A stretch of 64,000 bases of DNA from the human T2T-CHM13v2.0 reference genome, Homo sapiens: assembly GCF_009914755.1 (NCBI RefSeq), contig NC_060930.1. One strand, written 5' to 3'. The notes below the pieces were generated by a model that did no database searches, had not been told where the DNA came from, and saw only the letters and a list, made by a program, of their open reading frames with translations. The position numbers and the translations under genes were made by a program. Shown piece after piece: positions 17,001 through 29,408 of the stretch (the stretch's first letter is position 1; each line of letters opens with the position of its first letter).

Positions 17001-18585
17001 GAGAGAGTACATTACATTACATTGTTTTGTTTTGTATCTGGTAACAAAAGCAATATATAGTAAGTCTGGAAAAAATAGAAAATCAGAGAAAGCATAAATT
17101 ATAGACTTTAATAACAGCATAGAAGAAATTGACATGATTATATTTACTAGTGGGGGAAGACACATTTATTTAAGAAGTGAAAAGATAAAAGAATTGATGA
17201 CAAATCTTTAGAGAAACCAGGAGTGTTTTAAAAGGATTAGTTTTAGAAAGAAAACACCTGTTCTTGTGAAGGGGTAAATAAGGAAGAAGGAAGATGAGGG
17301 AGCTTGTTAGTTTCTCTTCACTGGGAGGTAGGAGACAAGGCCATCTGCCAAGAAGGATGGGGTAAGGGACTTGAGTTGAAGTAGGTGTTGAGTTGAAAAG
17401 AGTGGTGGGATGTGGGAAAGTAATCTTTCCAAGAACAAGGAATTGAAAGGCTCAGCTGACGTTGGAAAGCATACATTTGTACAAATTCCAATCTGAAAAG
17501 TTTTGAGACTTCTATTTAATCTTTAGCAGGCTTCCCAACTCTTCATGCGGGAAGAGAAAAGGTAGATGATTACTGCAGAAGTGTGGCTTCACATATCAGA
17601 CAGGACAGAAACACAAGTAGACAAGACTTTGAGTCATTACGAAAGACTAGTAGAAATGGTTTGACCATAGTATTTAAGCCGCTAAGGGAAGAAGAAAAGC
17701 CAGTAAAGAATTTATCAATTGGAATTAAAGACAGCAACCAAAGACCTGGAGATCTCAGCTAATTAAAGGGAAAATTTAATGGAAGTAATTGACCGAGTAG
17801 AGGAAGAGAAGGGTGTGGTTGTAGAGGAGAATAACAAAGTTATCATTTCTAACTTAACAGAGAAATATTGATTGAAAACAAGATAAAGATAATTTGGTTT
17901 AAAATGATCATGAAACTGAGCTTCATCTACAGATGGGATGGTTTATTTCCTTTGGAAATTAAATTTCTCCAAGGTTATGGCAGGAGTTGGAAGAGAGACG
18001 ATAACAGAGCCAGTTATTAAAATTGTCAAAGAGTGTGCATCAGTGACAGGAAGAACTGTGCATAATTACACTGTTTATGACCAGCAGGTGGTAGAGCTGT
18101 ATGATATAATTCCAGAAATAATTCTTTGATTTTTAAAGAAATGTGGGAAACCAACAATCCTAAATGGCAATTGAGAATAATATGAATGTAATTCAGAATG
18201 CTTTTAATTTTTTAGGAGTGGGGTAAGAAGAATACTGTTTAATTGAAGTGCCCTATTAATAAATATTATACACTAATTTTTATAACTCATATGTTTTATT
18301 GTTAAAGTTATGTTCAATACGTGGACAATAGCACAATAAGTAAATAAGATAAATTTTTAAATTTAAATATAAGTCTAATGGAAGGCCTACTATTTTGTGA
18401 GGAACAGACCTATTCAGTGTTAGAACAGTGAGTCATCTTATTTGTCAACAGAAAAAGTATCTGCTAATTTAGTGCTAATATTTTATGTTCGTGATAAAAA
18501 CAAATTCTTAAAACCCCCAAAAAGTTGCCACCTAAGAATATTGTACTTTTTCAAATGACCTGGGGTAAGAGGTGAAGGAGAAAGA

Positions 18586-18651
18586 ATGAATGAAAGAAAA
18601 AGAAGCAAGCAAGGAAGAAAGGAGAGGAAGGCAGGAAGGAAGGCGGGAAGG

Positions 18652-18684
<33 letters not shown>

Positions 18685-18707
18685 AGGGAGGGAAGGGAGG
18701 GAAGGGA
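18586..18707. repeat. Polypurine (GGAA/GGCA/GGGA)n simple repeat
   Basis: Directly visible. Confidence 0.92.
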
Positions 18708-19719
18708 TAACCTCTAGAAACTATTCGTAAGAGCAGGTGGATTTTACATACACCAAGTCACTATTTCAGTTATGTGTCCCTTTTAAGTGTTAAAAGGGAC
18801 ACTAGCCTATTAAGTGTCACAACGCTTAAGCACCCACAGCAAAACAAACGAACAAACAAAACACTTTGCTGGTGTGTTTGCAGTCAGAAAGGGTTAACTA
18901 CTGTTTATATTTACAGATGATTATACTTTATAACAAAATGTTCAAAATATTAAAGAATCTACTGATAAATTATCAAAATATTAGAGTCACTTTTCAGGAA
19001 AAAAATTAGTGGAAAATAACATACCAAAATATTAAAAGAATATCTCTCTGTGATGGGATTACAGTTGTTCTTTTCAATAGCTTCCAAATTCTCTTTAATG
19101 AACATCTATAAATTGTTTCTGGAGGCCATTCCTTTACTTCTTTTGATTATTAACAACCTGTGATGCTAAATGTTCAATATTCCCTTTATAATTGGAATAC
19201 AGAAATAAATACTACTAAAATAAATATAAAAATAAAAGATGAATTATAATTGTAAAAAAACTGTTCCTGGGTCAGTTTAATTGATAGGTTGATTCTGAAA
19301 TAGCAGCCAGGGTCTACCTTAATCTTCAAGTGTCTGTAATACATTTATGGGAAAGAAAAACACATAGTTCAGCAAGAAAATCTATGAAATGATATGACTT
19401 TATTGTAAATATATGGGACTGTAAGTTTTATTTAAGCTTTAATTTTTCAATCCTTATTAAAATCTCTATGAACACTAATAAACATAAAATTTGCATGACC
19501 TGATAATTATAAATTATCTTGATAAATCTAGTAAATAGATCTATTATCTATTAAATAGAGCTAGAAATTGCAGTCTTGATTTCTTTCAATACAATTTATC
19601 AGTTAGCTGCCAAAATAGGCATTAAGAGGAAAAAGCTTTCATTCATTGGGCTGTTAGTGCTAGGATTTTAGAGGAATAGAATCTTCCTCCTCCTCTTCCT
19701 GCTCTTATCTTCCTCCTTG

Positions 19720-19965
19720 CCTAATGTGTACTGAGGATGATCTTTAGGTCAGACACTTCTCCAAGTATTTTAGATGTATTAATTTATTTATCACCCACAA
19801 TAACCCCAGGAGAGAAGTACTGTTAGTACCCACAGTTGATAGAAAAACTGAGCCAAAAAGAAGACTGGCAACTTGCCTGAGGTGTAACAGCCTGAATAGT
19901 GGACCAGGATTTGAATACAGGCAACCTGGCTACAGAGCCTAGCTTCAGCTCTCAATCACTATGTT
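19720..19965 (-). mobile_element. MIR SINE
   Basis: ACAATAACCC..., AAAACTGAG, AACTTGCCTGAGGT, CCAGGATTTGAA motifs. Confidence 0.75.
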
Positions 19966-20054
19966 GTTTTAAGTATAATTTAGATTTTATTCTCCCATTG
20001 TAAGATAAATTATATACCAGTTATAGAAGATTCATAAAAATGCAGAAAAGATAA

Positions 20055-20359
<305 letters not shown>

Positions 20360-20588
20360 ATTTTTAATATTTGCATACTTTTATTCAAATTTTAAAAATT
20401 GAAAGTATGTAAAAAAGAGATTATGATTAGGTCTTTAGTTCTTCTCCCTGTCTCATTCAAGGCCTGATTTGTCTCCAGAACTAACACAACTTGCTTTTAT
20501 CTCCCAGATACCTGAACTCCTACAGTACTAAATGTATCATTTAATTTAGCACTTTAAAATTTTGTGATTTTAATAATAAGGGTAAGCA

Positions 20589-20878
20589 GGCCAGGCACAG
20601 TGGCTCACACCTGTAATCCCAACACTTTGGGAGGCTGAAGCAGGCGAATCACCTGAGGTCAGGAGTTTGAGACCAGCCTGGTCAACATGCTGAAACCCCG
20701 TCTCTACTAAAAATACAAAAAATAGCCAGGTGTGGTGATGCACGCCTATAATTCTAGCTACTGGGGAGACTGAGGCAGGAGAATCACTCAAGCCCGGGAA
20801 ACAGAGATTAGAGTGAGCCTAGATCGCGCATTTGCACTCTAGCCTGGGCAACAGAAGCAAAACTCCATCCAAAAAAAA
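20589..20878 (+). mobile_element. AluS SINE
   Basis: Full dimer; TSD AAGGGTAAGCA at 20578-20588 and 20877-20887. Confidence 0.96.
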
Positions 20879-20905
20879 GGGTAAGCAAAGCTGTACTTTA
20901 CAAAA

Positions 20906-20906
20906 T

Positions 20907-20941
<35 letters not shown>

Positions 20942-20978
20942 CACACATGACACAGGCACACAAACATACACACACACA
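20906..20978. repeat. Imperfect (CA)n microsatellite
   Basis: Directly visible. Confidence 0.9.
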
Positions 20979-22444
20979 AATAGTAGCAAGGCACTCTGTT
21001 CTTCTCACCAGTTGGTGAGACAGAATGCCTCCCATCATAGGCTTTCAGCCCTTGGTTCTGCCATTATCTCTAAAATCCTAGCCAGTCTAGGACTTCCTCT
21101 GAGTTGAAAAGGGCATAGGTCCTCCAGAGGCTCAACTGAACACCTGCTCCTGAATTGCTAATCACCCACAGGATTAATTCATGAAAGAATTAACAAGATG
21201 ATCCTTTTTGAGAGAAGCCTGGACATGCCTTCCTTTCTGTCTAGAAATTAGTTACATTAAGACATCAAGAAAGAAAGAAACTCTACAGCTTTGACAGTCA
21301 GTACCAATAAGAACTTCAAGAACCTATTCATAGAATGGAATCACTCTTTCTAGGCGATTTGCTAAAATGCATTTTTCTGCTCTGGGCCACCAAAATATTA
21401 ATCCTGTGTAGACATACTTTTAACAATTTGACATGAGAATTAATTGTCATTTTCTCCTCAAAAAGAACAGAGTGCAGGGTGCCTTGTCACTGTGAGCACG
21501 TTCATGTGATTTTGCGGGGAAAGTATGGATTTGCTAAGCTTTTATCTTTAAAATAACTTTCAAAAGTAGCAAATTCTCATTGCCTGGCACGTGACAGTTT
21601 TGTTGTTCATGTAATGGATAGAAAGGAAAACTGAAAAATGCTTTGAAAGCTAGACCAATCTAGATTAGAACGGAAGAACAGCATTTGATGGACAGCTTAA
21701 AAGATCCAGAAAGATGGTAGGAGGTACTCAACCTAACATGGACTGGGTTTATAGAGTTTTGGAGGATAGAGAAGAGAAATTTCCCAACAGCTTGTATGCC
21801 TGAAAAAAGAATCAGAGAGATAGGGGAAAAGAGGTTTTAAAGTTATTTTCTCAGTGATATGAATGTAAACCCTTTTTGACACTGGTGTGAGCCATTGTAG
21901 AAGAGATTTTAAATGGCTTCTTAATTTTCCTGGATTTCAGATTTGTGTCTCTTTGCCTGCAGCAGCATGTTGAAATTGGCTAAAAGGCTGCCTGGCTTTG
22001 AGTAGGTGATAGCAAACTATCAACTGGGAAAGCTCTTCCACTAATCCAAAACACTAAACAGTAGAGAAGGTGCCATCCTACAGATAATGGCTATGATTGC
22101 ATTTCTACTGAGAAGCAACTTACCAAACAGGAGTTTCACCAATTGTAAGCAGATACAATGGTGGAAAGGTCTTAAGCAGACAACAAATGTAACAGACCAC
22201 ACAGAGGTGTTATCCTGCCAGAAGAAAACAGAGTGCTTCAGCCCAGCTTCATCTGCAAATGAGTGTTACACTGAAGCTGAAAAATTACATTTAAAGAAGA
22301 CCAATGGATGGAAAACTAAAAGTCTGGGCAGGCTTTCTGGGAAGTGAGCAGGTTCTGTTTTGGTACAGTAAGTTCCACTCCTTAATTGTATTTAATTAAT
22401 CGTGAGTCTCTCCTGCTGTCCTGTTGGCATTTTCAATACTAATA

Positions 22445-23735
22445 GATAGTTTAAAAGTTTACAGAAAACAAATATATATTCTGAAAAAATGCATGGATTT
22501 TAAATTTTTTGCACCAAAATATACTTGTACTAACTTTTTATAACATGCCTCAACAGCATCTAATTTGAGCCACTAAGAAGGATAAGATATGAGTTTCAAG
22601 AGAGCCCCAATCAGAGCAACATGAACTCTGCTAAAATTAAAGCAAGAATGAACATCAATTTATGGTAAAACTTGCGTGGAAGAATGATGAAATAAATAAT
22701 GCTTTATGAAAGTTTATGGGGAAAATGTCCCAAATAAATCAGCAGTTTACAAGTGAATAACTCATTTCAAGAGGGAATGAGATATTGTTGAAGATGAAGC
22801 TCACAGTGCCATACCATCCACACATACTTGCAAGGAAACACTCATCTTGTTTGTGTCCCAATTGAAAAGGACCAGCAATTAACAGCAGAAACAGTAGCCC
22901 AACACCATAGGCATCTTAACTTATTCAGCTTACACAGCTGTGAACTAAAAATTAAAGCAGAGCAAATTTTCCACTTGGTAAGTGCCAAAAATGTTGTGCC
23001 CACTTGAGCTACAGACAAGATCAGAGTTTTCAATTGAAATTTTAAACAAGTAGGATCAAGATCCTGAAGCATTTCTTTGAAGAATTGTAACAGGAGATAG
23101 ACAAGGCTTTACTAGTATGATCCCAAAGACAAGCACAATCAAAGCAATGGCTACCAAGAGGTGGAAGAGGTCCAGTCAAAGCAAAAGTGGATTAATCAAG
23201 AACAAAGATCACGGCAGTTTTGGGGATGCTCAAGGCATTTTGTGTGTTGACTTTCCAGGAGCAGGGGGTGGGACGCAAAAACAATAACATCTGCTTATTA
23301 TGAGTGTGTTTGAAGGAAGTTAGCCAAAGTTTTAGAAGAAAAACACCTGGGAAAGCTTCACCAGAGAGTCTGCCTCCTCCATGACAATGTTCTTGCTCAT
23401 TCCTTTCATCAAACAAGGGCAATTTTGTGAAAGTTTTGATGGAAAATCGTTAGGCTTTCACCTTACAGTCTTGATTTAAATTCTGCTAACTTCTTTTGTT
23501 TCCTAATATTTAACTAATCTTTAAAGGGCACCATTTTTCTTCAGTTACTAATGTAAAAAAAGATGGCATTGACATGGCTACATTCCCAACTCTCATTTCT
23601 TTAAGGATGGACTAAATGACTGGTATCATAGCTTTCAGAAGTGTCCCGAACTTGATGGGGCTTATGTTGAAAAATAAAGTTGGCAATTTTTGTCTTTTAA
23701 TTCCATTTTTCCATGTATTTTTTGAAGTCCCCCCG
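22445..23735 (+). mobile_element. Near full-length HSMAR2 mariner DNA transposon
   Basis: Decayed transposase ORF inside; right TIR-like end TTCCATGTATTTTTTGAAGTCCCCCCG followed by TA (23736-23737); left TIR degraded. Confidence 0.9.
22621..23677 (+). pseudogene. Decayed HSMAR2 transposase
   Basis: Starts MNSAKIKAR; remnants of IVTGD, QWLPRGG, HDN, PYS-DL and DFFLFP-like motifs; ends LDGAYVEK*; many stops and frameshifts. Confidence 0.88.
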
Positions 23736-24757
23736 TATTTGGGTTGGTCCTTGTAAGAAGTAGTGAGCCATTTTCTCTCATCTTCCTCACTGCTGAACAT
23801 CTCAGGTCACACGTGATTTTGTCAAGTGCCTTTCTTCCATGGCCCTGAGGTTTGCAGTGAGTAACTCCCCAGTAAGTGACGTTTGTATTCTCCCATCCTT
23901 AACCCCTAACTCACCTCTGTGCTTGCCCATTTTCCCCATCACACAACCCCTGCCTAAAAGAAATCTGTGAATTTTCCCCATGAGGAAACTAATGAAGTCC
24001 TAACCCCAAATGAAGAGTGGGTTCCTTCCTTCCTCCAAACAAGTTATATAAAATGCTTCTCTAAGCTTCACCAGTAGGCTATACTTCTGGTTTTTTTGTC
24101 TGTTTGTTTTTTGCTTTTTTTTTCAGAAGATATATTATTCTGCTAAGAATCCTAGTGGAATCATCAAAGGTCACTACTACTAAGAAGAGCATTTTGACAA
24201 AAGACCCTTCCTCAAGGACCTCTGTGCTTTCTGACAGAGTGAAAATTTAAAAAAAAAAAATCTCTGAAAAGGAGAAAATCAAATGAAAGTCATTCCAAAA
24301 GAGCACCATATGGCCCACAAGATGTGTGGGTATGGAAGACTCATGCAATGAGGGAAACACACAGATTCTGGAAATCAAAAATGAGCCCCCCCACCCCCCA
24401 CAAAGTAGGTCATCCCTCATAGCCAAATTCTGAGACCAAATTTCTCATCGCATACTTCTAATTTAGTTTACCTCTGTTGGCATAAGTATGTTCATTTAAA
24501 AGTGAATTTCATTCTCACCTCAGCATGGCTCATATTTGTGGTATAGCTAAATGGCTTCATCTTGAGGGTGATGTTGTGCAGCATATGTTACTAAAGTATA
24601 GCATCATCTTCTGATTTGAAAAAAAAGAAATGTACATTTGAACTCACTTTGGAAGCATATGTATACAAAATTGTTCTCCTTTACAATAGCTAGCATTGTC
24701 ATAAAAATTGAAAGTAGGTTCAGAATTAGTAAAGAACTCTCATGGCTTCCTTCAGGA

Positions 24758-25068
24758 CAGGGTTTCTCAACCTTGGTACTATTGACATTTGGGGCTAGAT
24801 AATTTTTAATAGATTTCACTTTTTAGAGAAGTATAAAATTCGAGCAGAAGGTACAGAGGAGTCTCTTCTACCACTGTACCCAATAATTCCAATAATTTTT
24901 TTGTAGGGAGATGTCTTGTGCATTTTAAGATGTTCAGCAGCATCCCTGGCCTCTTCCACTAGATGCCAATAGCATCTTGCTGTTGTGAGGACCAAAAGTA
25001 TCACCAGACATTGTCAAATGTCTCCTGGTTAAAATCACCAGGCAAAATCACCACTAGTTAAACATTAT
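24758..25068. mobile_element. MER20 hAT element interrupted by a short L1 fragment
   Basis: CAGGGTTTCTCAACCTTGGTACTATTGACATTTGGGGCTAGATAATT ... GATGTTCAGCAGCATCCCTGGCCTCT..CACTAGATGCCA. Confidence 0.85.
24808..24891 (-). mobile_element. Very short L1MB-like 3'-end insertion in MER20
   Basis: AATAGATTTCACTTTTTAGAG...GAGCAGAAGGTACAGAG; flanking repeat ATAATTTTT at 24799-24807 and 24892-24900. Confidence 0.6.
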
Positions 25069-25774
25069 TCTTTCAGAGCTGGGCCTTACCCCTACAGGAA
25101 AGATAGAAGGTAGATTCTGTCTTTGAATTTATTAAGGAGCATCATTTTTTAACCCGACTCTATAAAATAGTACAACATGGGTAGATGTTTTATGAGTATT
25201 GATTTCTTCAGATAAAGCCACTACAAATTCATTATAAGCATTTGAGGAAGATGAGACAGTTGGAAGTGGGGTAGAAAAGATGTCAGCAGGAGGCCAGGAA
25301 TGCTCCATAAGAAAGACACACACAGTGGTAATCCAAGGTCCATCTCCAACCCTGCATGTTCACAAGCTCAATATAGCTCAAGAATTATTAGCTAATTGAT
25401 CAGACTCGGAGTTTCAATTCACAGGAAAAAAGCTAATGAGACATTATTAAATGGAACAACCATTGATAATTGGTAAATTTGCAATGAAAACGTCATAAAA
25501 AGGATCGTAAAAAGGATCAAAATCCATATGAGCTTTACCTGCACAATTTCCTCCAGTAGGTTGAGCTGCATGGAAACTAAATTGTCAGAGAGTATGCTGT
25601 AAATATGAAATCAAAACATGGAAAGTAGGACTTGTGATCTGATAGTTTAAAGGGCATCAGGGTTTACTCAGTCTGACATGCTCATCTCCACAGTGAGGCC
25701 CTTCCCCCTGCAGCTCTGGGGAAAGTCACATCTGAATTAATATTTCCACAAGTTAATGGGCTGAAAAAAGATCC

Positions 25775-25890
25775 AAGAAGCTTGCTAAAATTCAAATTTG
25801 TGGACTCTATTCCCAGAGATTCTGATTTACTAGGATGGAGGTGGGGCCAGTCATCAACATTTCAAACAAACATCCCAGGTGCTTGTGAAA
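25775..25890. mobile_element. MER5A fragment
   Basis: CCCAGAGATTCTGATTTA.TAGG...GGTGGGGCC...AAACA..CCCAGGTG. Confidence 0.65.
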
Positions 25891-26289
25891 CACAGACCTG
25901 CGATGGAAAACTCTCTGTCTCCGTAGGTAATGCTGGAAATATAGGTATTGATTTCCACTCTATCAAAATGTCAGCATATCTCCTTTATTTCCTTACTGGG
26001 AATGAAGGAAGGCAAAAGGTACAGACCACAATGTTAGTCCCATGTGACACCTACAGGTAGTAAAAAGATGATTTTCTTAAATTATTGTTGAAATAGCAAA
26101 CTTGAGGAAAGGTTGTTCCTCTCTTTGAAGCAGGCTACGACTTTTTGTTGTTGAGTTTAGGTTATTGATTTTAGTGAAATTACCAAACCAGAGAGCAGAA
26201 TATTACATACTGAGTAATAGGCACCCCGACTTGTCTCCAACGCCCCCAATTAACTAAACTGAATGTCCTGTTCTTCATATTATAAGCCC

Positions 26290-26940
26290 ATCTGTCCATT
26301 CATTCTATAAACATTTGCTGAGTATTATTGGGATAATTGTTATTTTTCAGGTTTTGAGATGTAAATTCTCCACTCTAGGGTGCATAGTTGTAGGATGGGG
26401 ACTAGAGAGGGAGTAGAGAAATAAATAAAGGAAGCTCTAGGTGGAAGAAAAGAGAAATAACTTAACTCTAATAGGGTAAGTGTGGTCTGGGAGTGGAAGG
26501 GAGGCAGCAAGGCTTCTCGGAGTAGGTTACACGTGGACCGTATAGAGGGGGTGAGGAGGAGCCCATCACACACAGGATGGAAGAGATGACATTCAAAAAC
26601 GATGAAATGTGAAGTGCAAAGACAGAGTACGGTGAGAGAGACTAGTGCTTCCTGAGATCTCTCAGTGACTTGTTTGGCTGAAATAGGAGGTGCATATGGA
26701 GATGTATCATGTCAGGAGGTAAGTAGGAGACACTCCATGAAGGGCCTTGTACAAAATGCTGAGGACTTTTGACTTGGTGAATTAGTGTAGAAATGAGTTC
26801 TTAGTTATTTTAAGCCGAAGAAAGGATACGAGTGGGTTTATGTTTAAGAGAGATCACCCTGTAACAAAGTGGTGGTTTCCTAGAGTCAGAGATTCAAGAA
26901 GAGGCTAAAAGTTTTTGGCTTGAGAAAAGATCATGAATAA
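26290..26940 (-). mobile_element. L2 LINE fragment
   Basis: CATTCATTC..AAACATTTGCTGAG end; ATGAAGGGCCTTGTA, GAGATCACCCTG motifs. Confidence 0.6.
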
Positions 26941-27310
26941 GGGTAAGGCACAGCGTCATCTTGTCGAACATAAAAGTTTTAAAACCTTCATCCTCTGAAC
27001 AATCCATTTGCTTTAAGAACATTTTCTGGTAGTGCTCAGAGTCTGTTGTATAGCAAAGAAAGATGATGATTGAATCCACTCGCTGTTGTCATGTATAATT
27101 TTTAGACCATGGAAGTGACAATTTGTAGGTTTGAACAAGAAGTGTGGTAGAAGAAAATAATGAAGAAGGAGGAAGGAGAAGTGTCAAATAATATATGAAG
27201 AGCATATATTACATTTGAAGAGCATATTTGTAGTGGTAGTTAGTTAGGAAGTGAAAAAAGCTAGGGAGACGGGCTGTGATAGGATGAAATACTGAAGATT
27301 ACCATATAAG

Positions 27311-27625
27311 CGCCAGTGAGGGGTTGGCGGAAGGTGGGGATGGTTAATGGGCACAAAAATAGAAATATTGAATAAGACTATTTGATAGCACAATAGAGTG
27401 ATCATAGTAAATAATAATGTAATTACATATTTTAAAATAATCTAAAGAATGTAATTGGATTGTTTATAACTCAAAGGATAAATGCTTGAGGGAATAGATA
27501 CCCCATTCTTCATGATGTGCTTATTTCACATTGCATGCCTGTATCAAAACATCTCATATACCCCATAAATACATACACTTACTATGTACCCACAAAAAAT
27601 TTAAATAATTTAAAAAATTAAAAAA
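27311..27625 (+). mobile_element. L1MA1/2-like 3' end
   Basis: AAAGGATAAATGCTTGAGG..ATACCCCATT..CATGATGTG..ATTTCACATTGCATGCCTGTATCAAAACATCTCA; A-rich tail. Confidence 0.85.
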
Positions 27626-27954
27626 TATATATAAGAGGCAGAACAATTCTAGGTGATGAGTCAATATTATGTACAACTATTGCAAGAAATCCCTGCAATA
27701 GATGGCCTTTCAAGTATATTTGTAATCCACCACTCACGCTCTTTCTCTTACTCCTGAAGCCACAGTGGGCAGGGTGACAGACTCTATGTCCATGTTCATG
27801 ATACTGTGTTTTACCATAGACCAACTGGACCAATCAGTTTCTCACTTCAGGAATGTGACATAAAAATATCAACCATTCTGTTTTGCTTGAACTCTGGTGC
27901 TGTGGAGCATCATCATCTCTGGCATGTCCCTGTTCAGCAGAAGAAAAAAATGTT

Positions 27955-27987
<33 letters not shown>

Positions 27988-27990
27988 GAA
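27955..27990. repeat. (GA)n microsatellite
   Basis: Directly visible. Confidence 0.9.
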
Positions 27991-28184
27991 AGCATGCAAA
28001 TATGCAGAGAGAAACAGAAATGAGAACCTTTATGTCCCAATGGCTTTTCAGTTCTCTGTTCACTTCCTTGGGTGTTCTGCCTGTAATTTGTTTACCTGAG
28101 CTGGACTTCTGTGATATAATTATTTAGGGAAGAAAGCTCACCCACACTCATAAATTAAACACTGCAAATTTAAGTAACTTTATT

Positions 28185-28770
28185 CACTTATCAGCTTGGC
28201 TAAGTGTTACCATTAAATAATAGCTTCCATGTGGAGGTAGAAAAAAGGTATTCTTATATTCATTTGGAAAGGAATATATAGGCACCACCGTTTTGAAGGG
28301 AAATTTGGCAACATCTGTAAACATTTCATATGTACATTCCTTTTGACATAGAGATTCCATGTTACATACTCTCAAAAGTAAACAATTTTCTCTATGTATA
28401 ATTCTATTCATTGCAATATTGTTTGTAATATTAAAAAACTAGAAACATGGTATACATCCACAAACAGAGACTGGCTAGTTACTTACATTATGATACACAT
28501 ACACAATGCAATACCTATACTATACAGTCCTCAAAGAGAATAAAATATGTCTATATTTGCTAATATATAAATATTTCTAAGACATATTATTGAATGAAAA
28601 AGCAAGGCACCAAACAGTGTGCATACTGTAATTCTGTTTGTGTACATTTTATAAGTGTAAACTTATATATGCAGTTATACCCATAATATTTTCCGGATAC
28701 ACAACAAATTGGTTACAGTGATTAATTTGGGGAGAAGAACTTGAGTGGCCTGTGAGATAGAGGAGAAAGG
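28185..28770 (+). mobile_element. Old L1ME-like 3' fragment
   Basis: CCACCGTTTTGAAGGGAAATTTGGCAACATC, TTCATTGCAATATTGTTTGTAATA, ATTATTGAATGAAAAAGCAAG. Confidence 0.6.
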
Positions 28771-28774
28771 AAGC

Positions 28775-29408
28775 TTTTTTCTTTCTTCTCAACTTTTCTT
28801 TTAGATTCAGTGGGTACAACACAGGCAAGGCTGTATTGCGTATGCTGAGGTTTGGGGTGTAATTGAACCCATCATCCAGGTAGTGAGCACAGTACCCAAT
28901 GGTAGTTTCTCAGAGCCTGCCTTCCCTTTCCTCTCACCACTCGCTTGTGCCCCCAGTGTCTATTGTTCCCATCTTTATGTCTGTGTGTACCCAGTGTTTA
29001 ATTCCCCCTTATAAGTGAGAACATGCAGTACTTGGTGTTCTGTTCCTAAGTTCACTTAGGATAATGTCCTCCAGCTGCATTCATGTCGCTGCAAATGACA
29101 TGATTTCATTCTTTTTATGGCTATGTAGCATTCCATGATATATATATGTACCACATTTTCTTTTTCTAGTCCACCATCAATGGGCACCTAGGTTGATTCC
29201 ATGCGTTTGCTATTGTGAATAGTGCTACAGTGAACACACAGGTGCATGTGTCTTTTTAGTAGAATGACTTATTTTCCTTGGATATATATCCAGTAATGAA
29301 ATTGCTGGGTCAAATGGTAGTTCTATTCTTAGTTCTTTGAGAAATCTCCAAACTACTTTCCACAGTGGCAGAACTAATTTACATTCCCACCAACAGTGTA
29401 TGAGTGTT
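28775..29408 (-). mobile_element. L1PA15/16-like 3' end
   Basis: Antisense 3'UTR (GCTGAGGTTTGGGGT, CCAGGTAGTGAGCACAGTACCCAAT) and ORF2 C-terminus; degraded TSD GAGAAAGGAAGCTTTTT / GAGAAAAGAAACATTTT. Confidence 0.85.

Noticed and set aside
19502-19546. Short AT-rich palindromes (GATAATT..AATTATC, AATAGATCTATT)
   Set aside because: Expected by chance at this AT content
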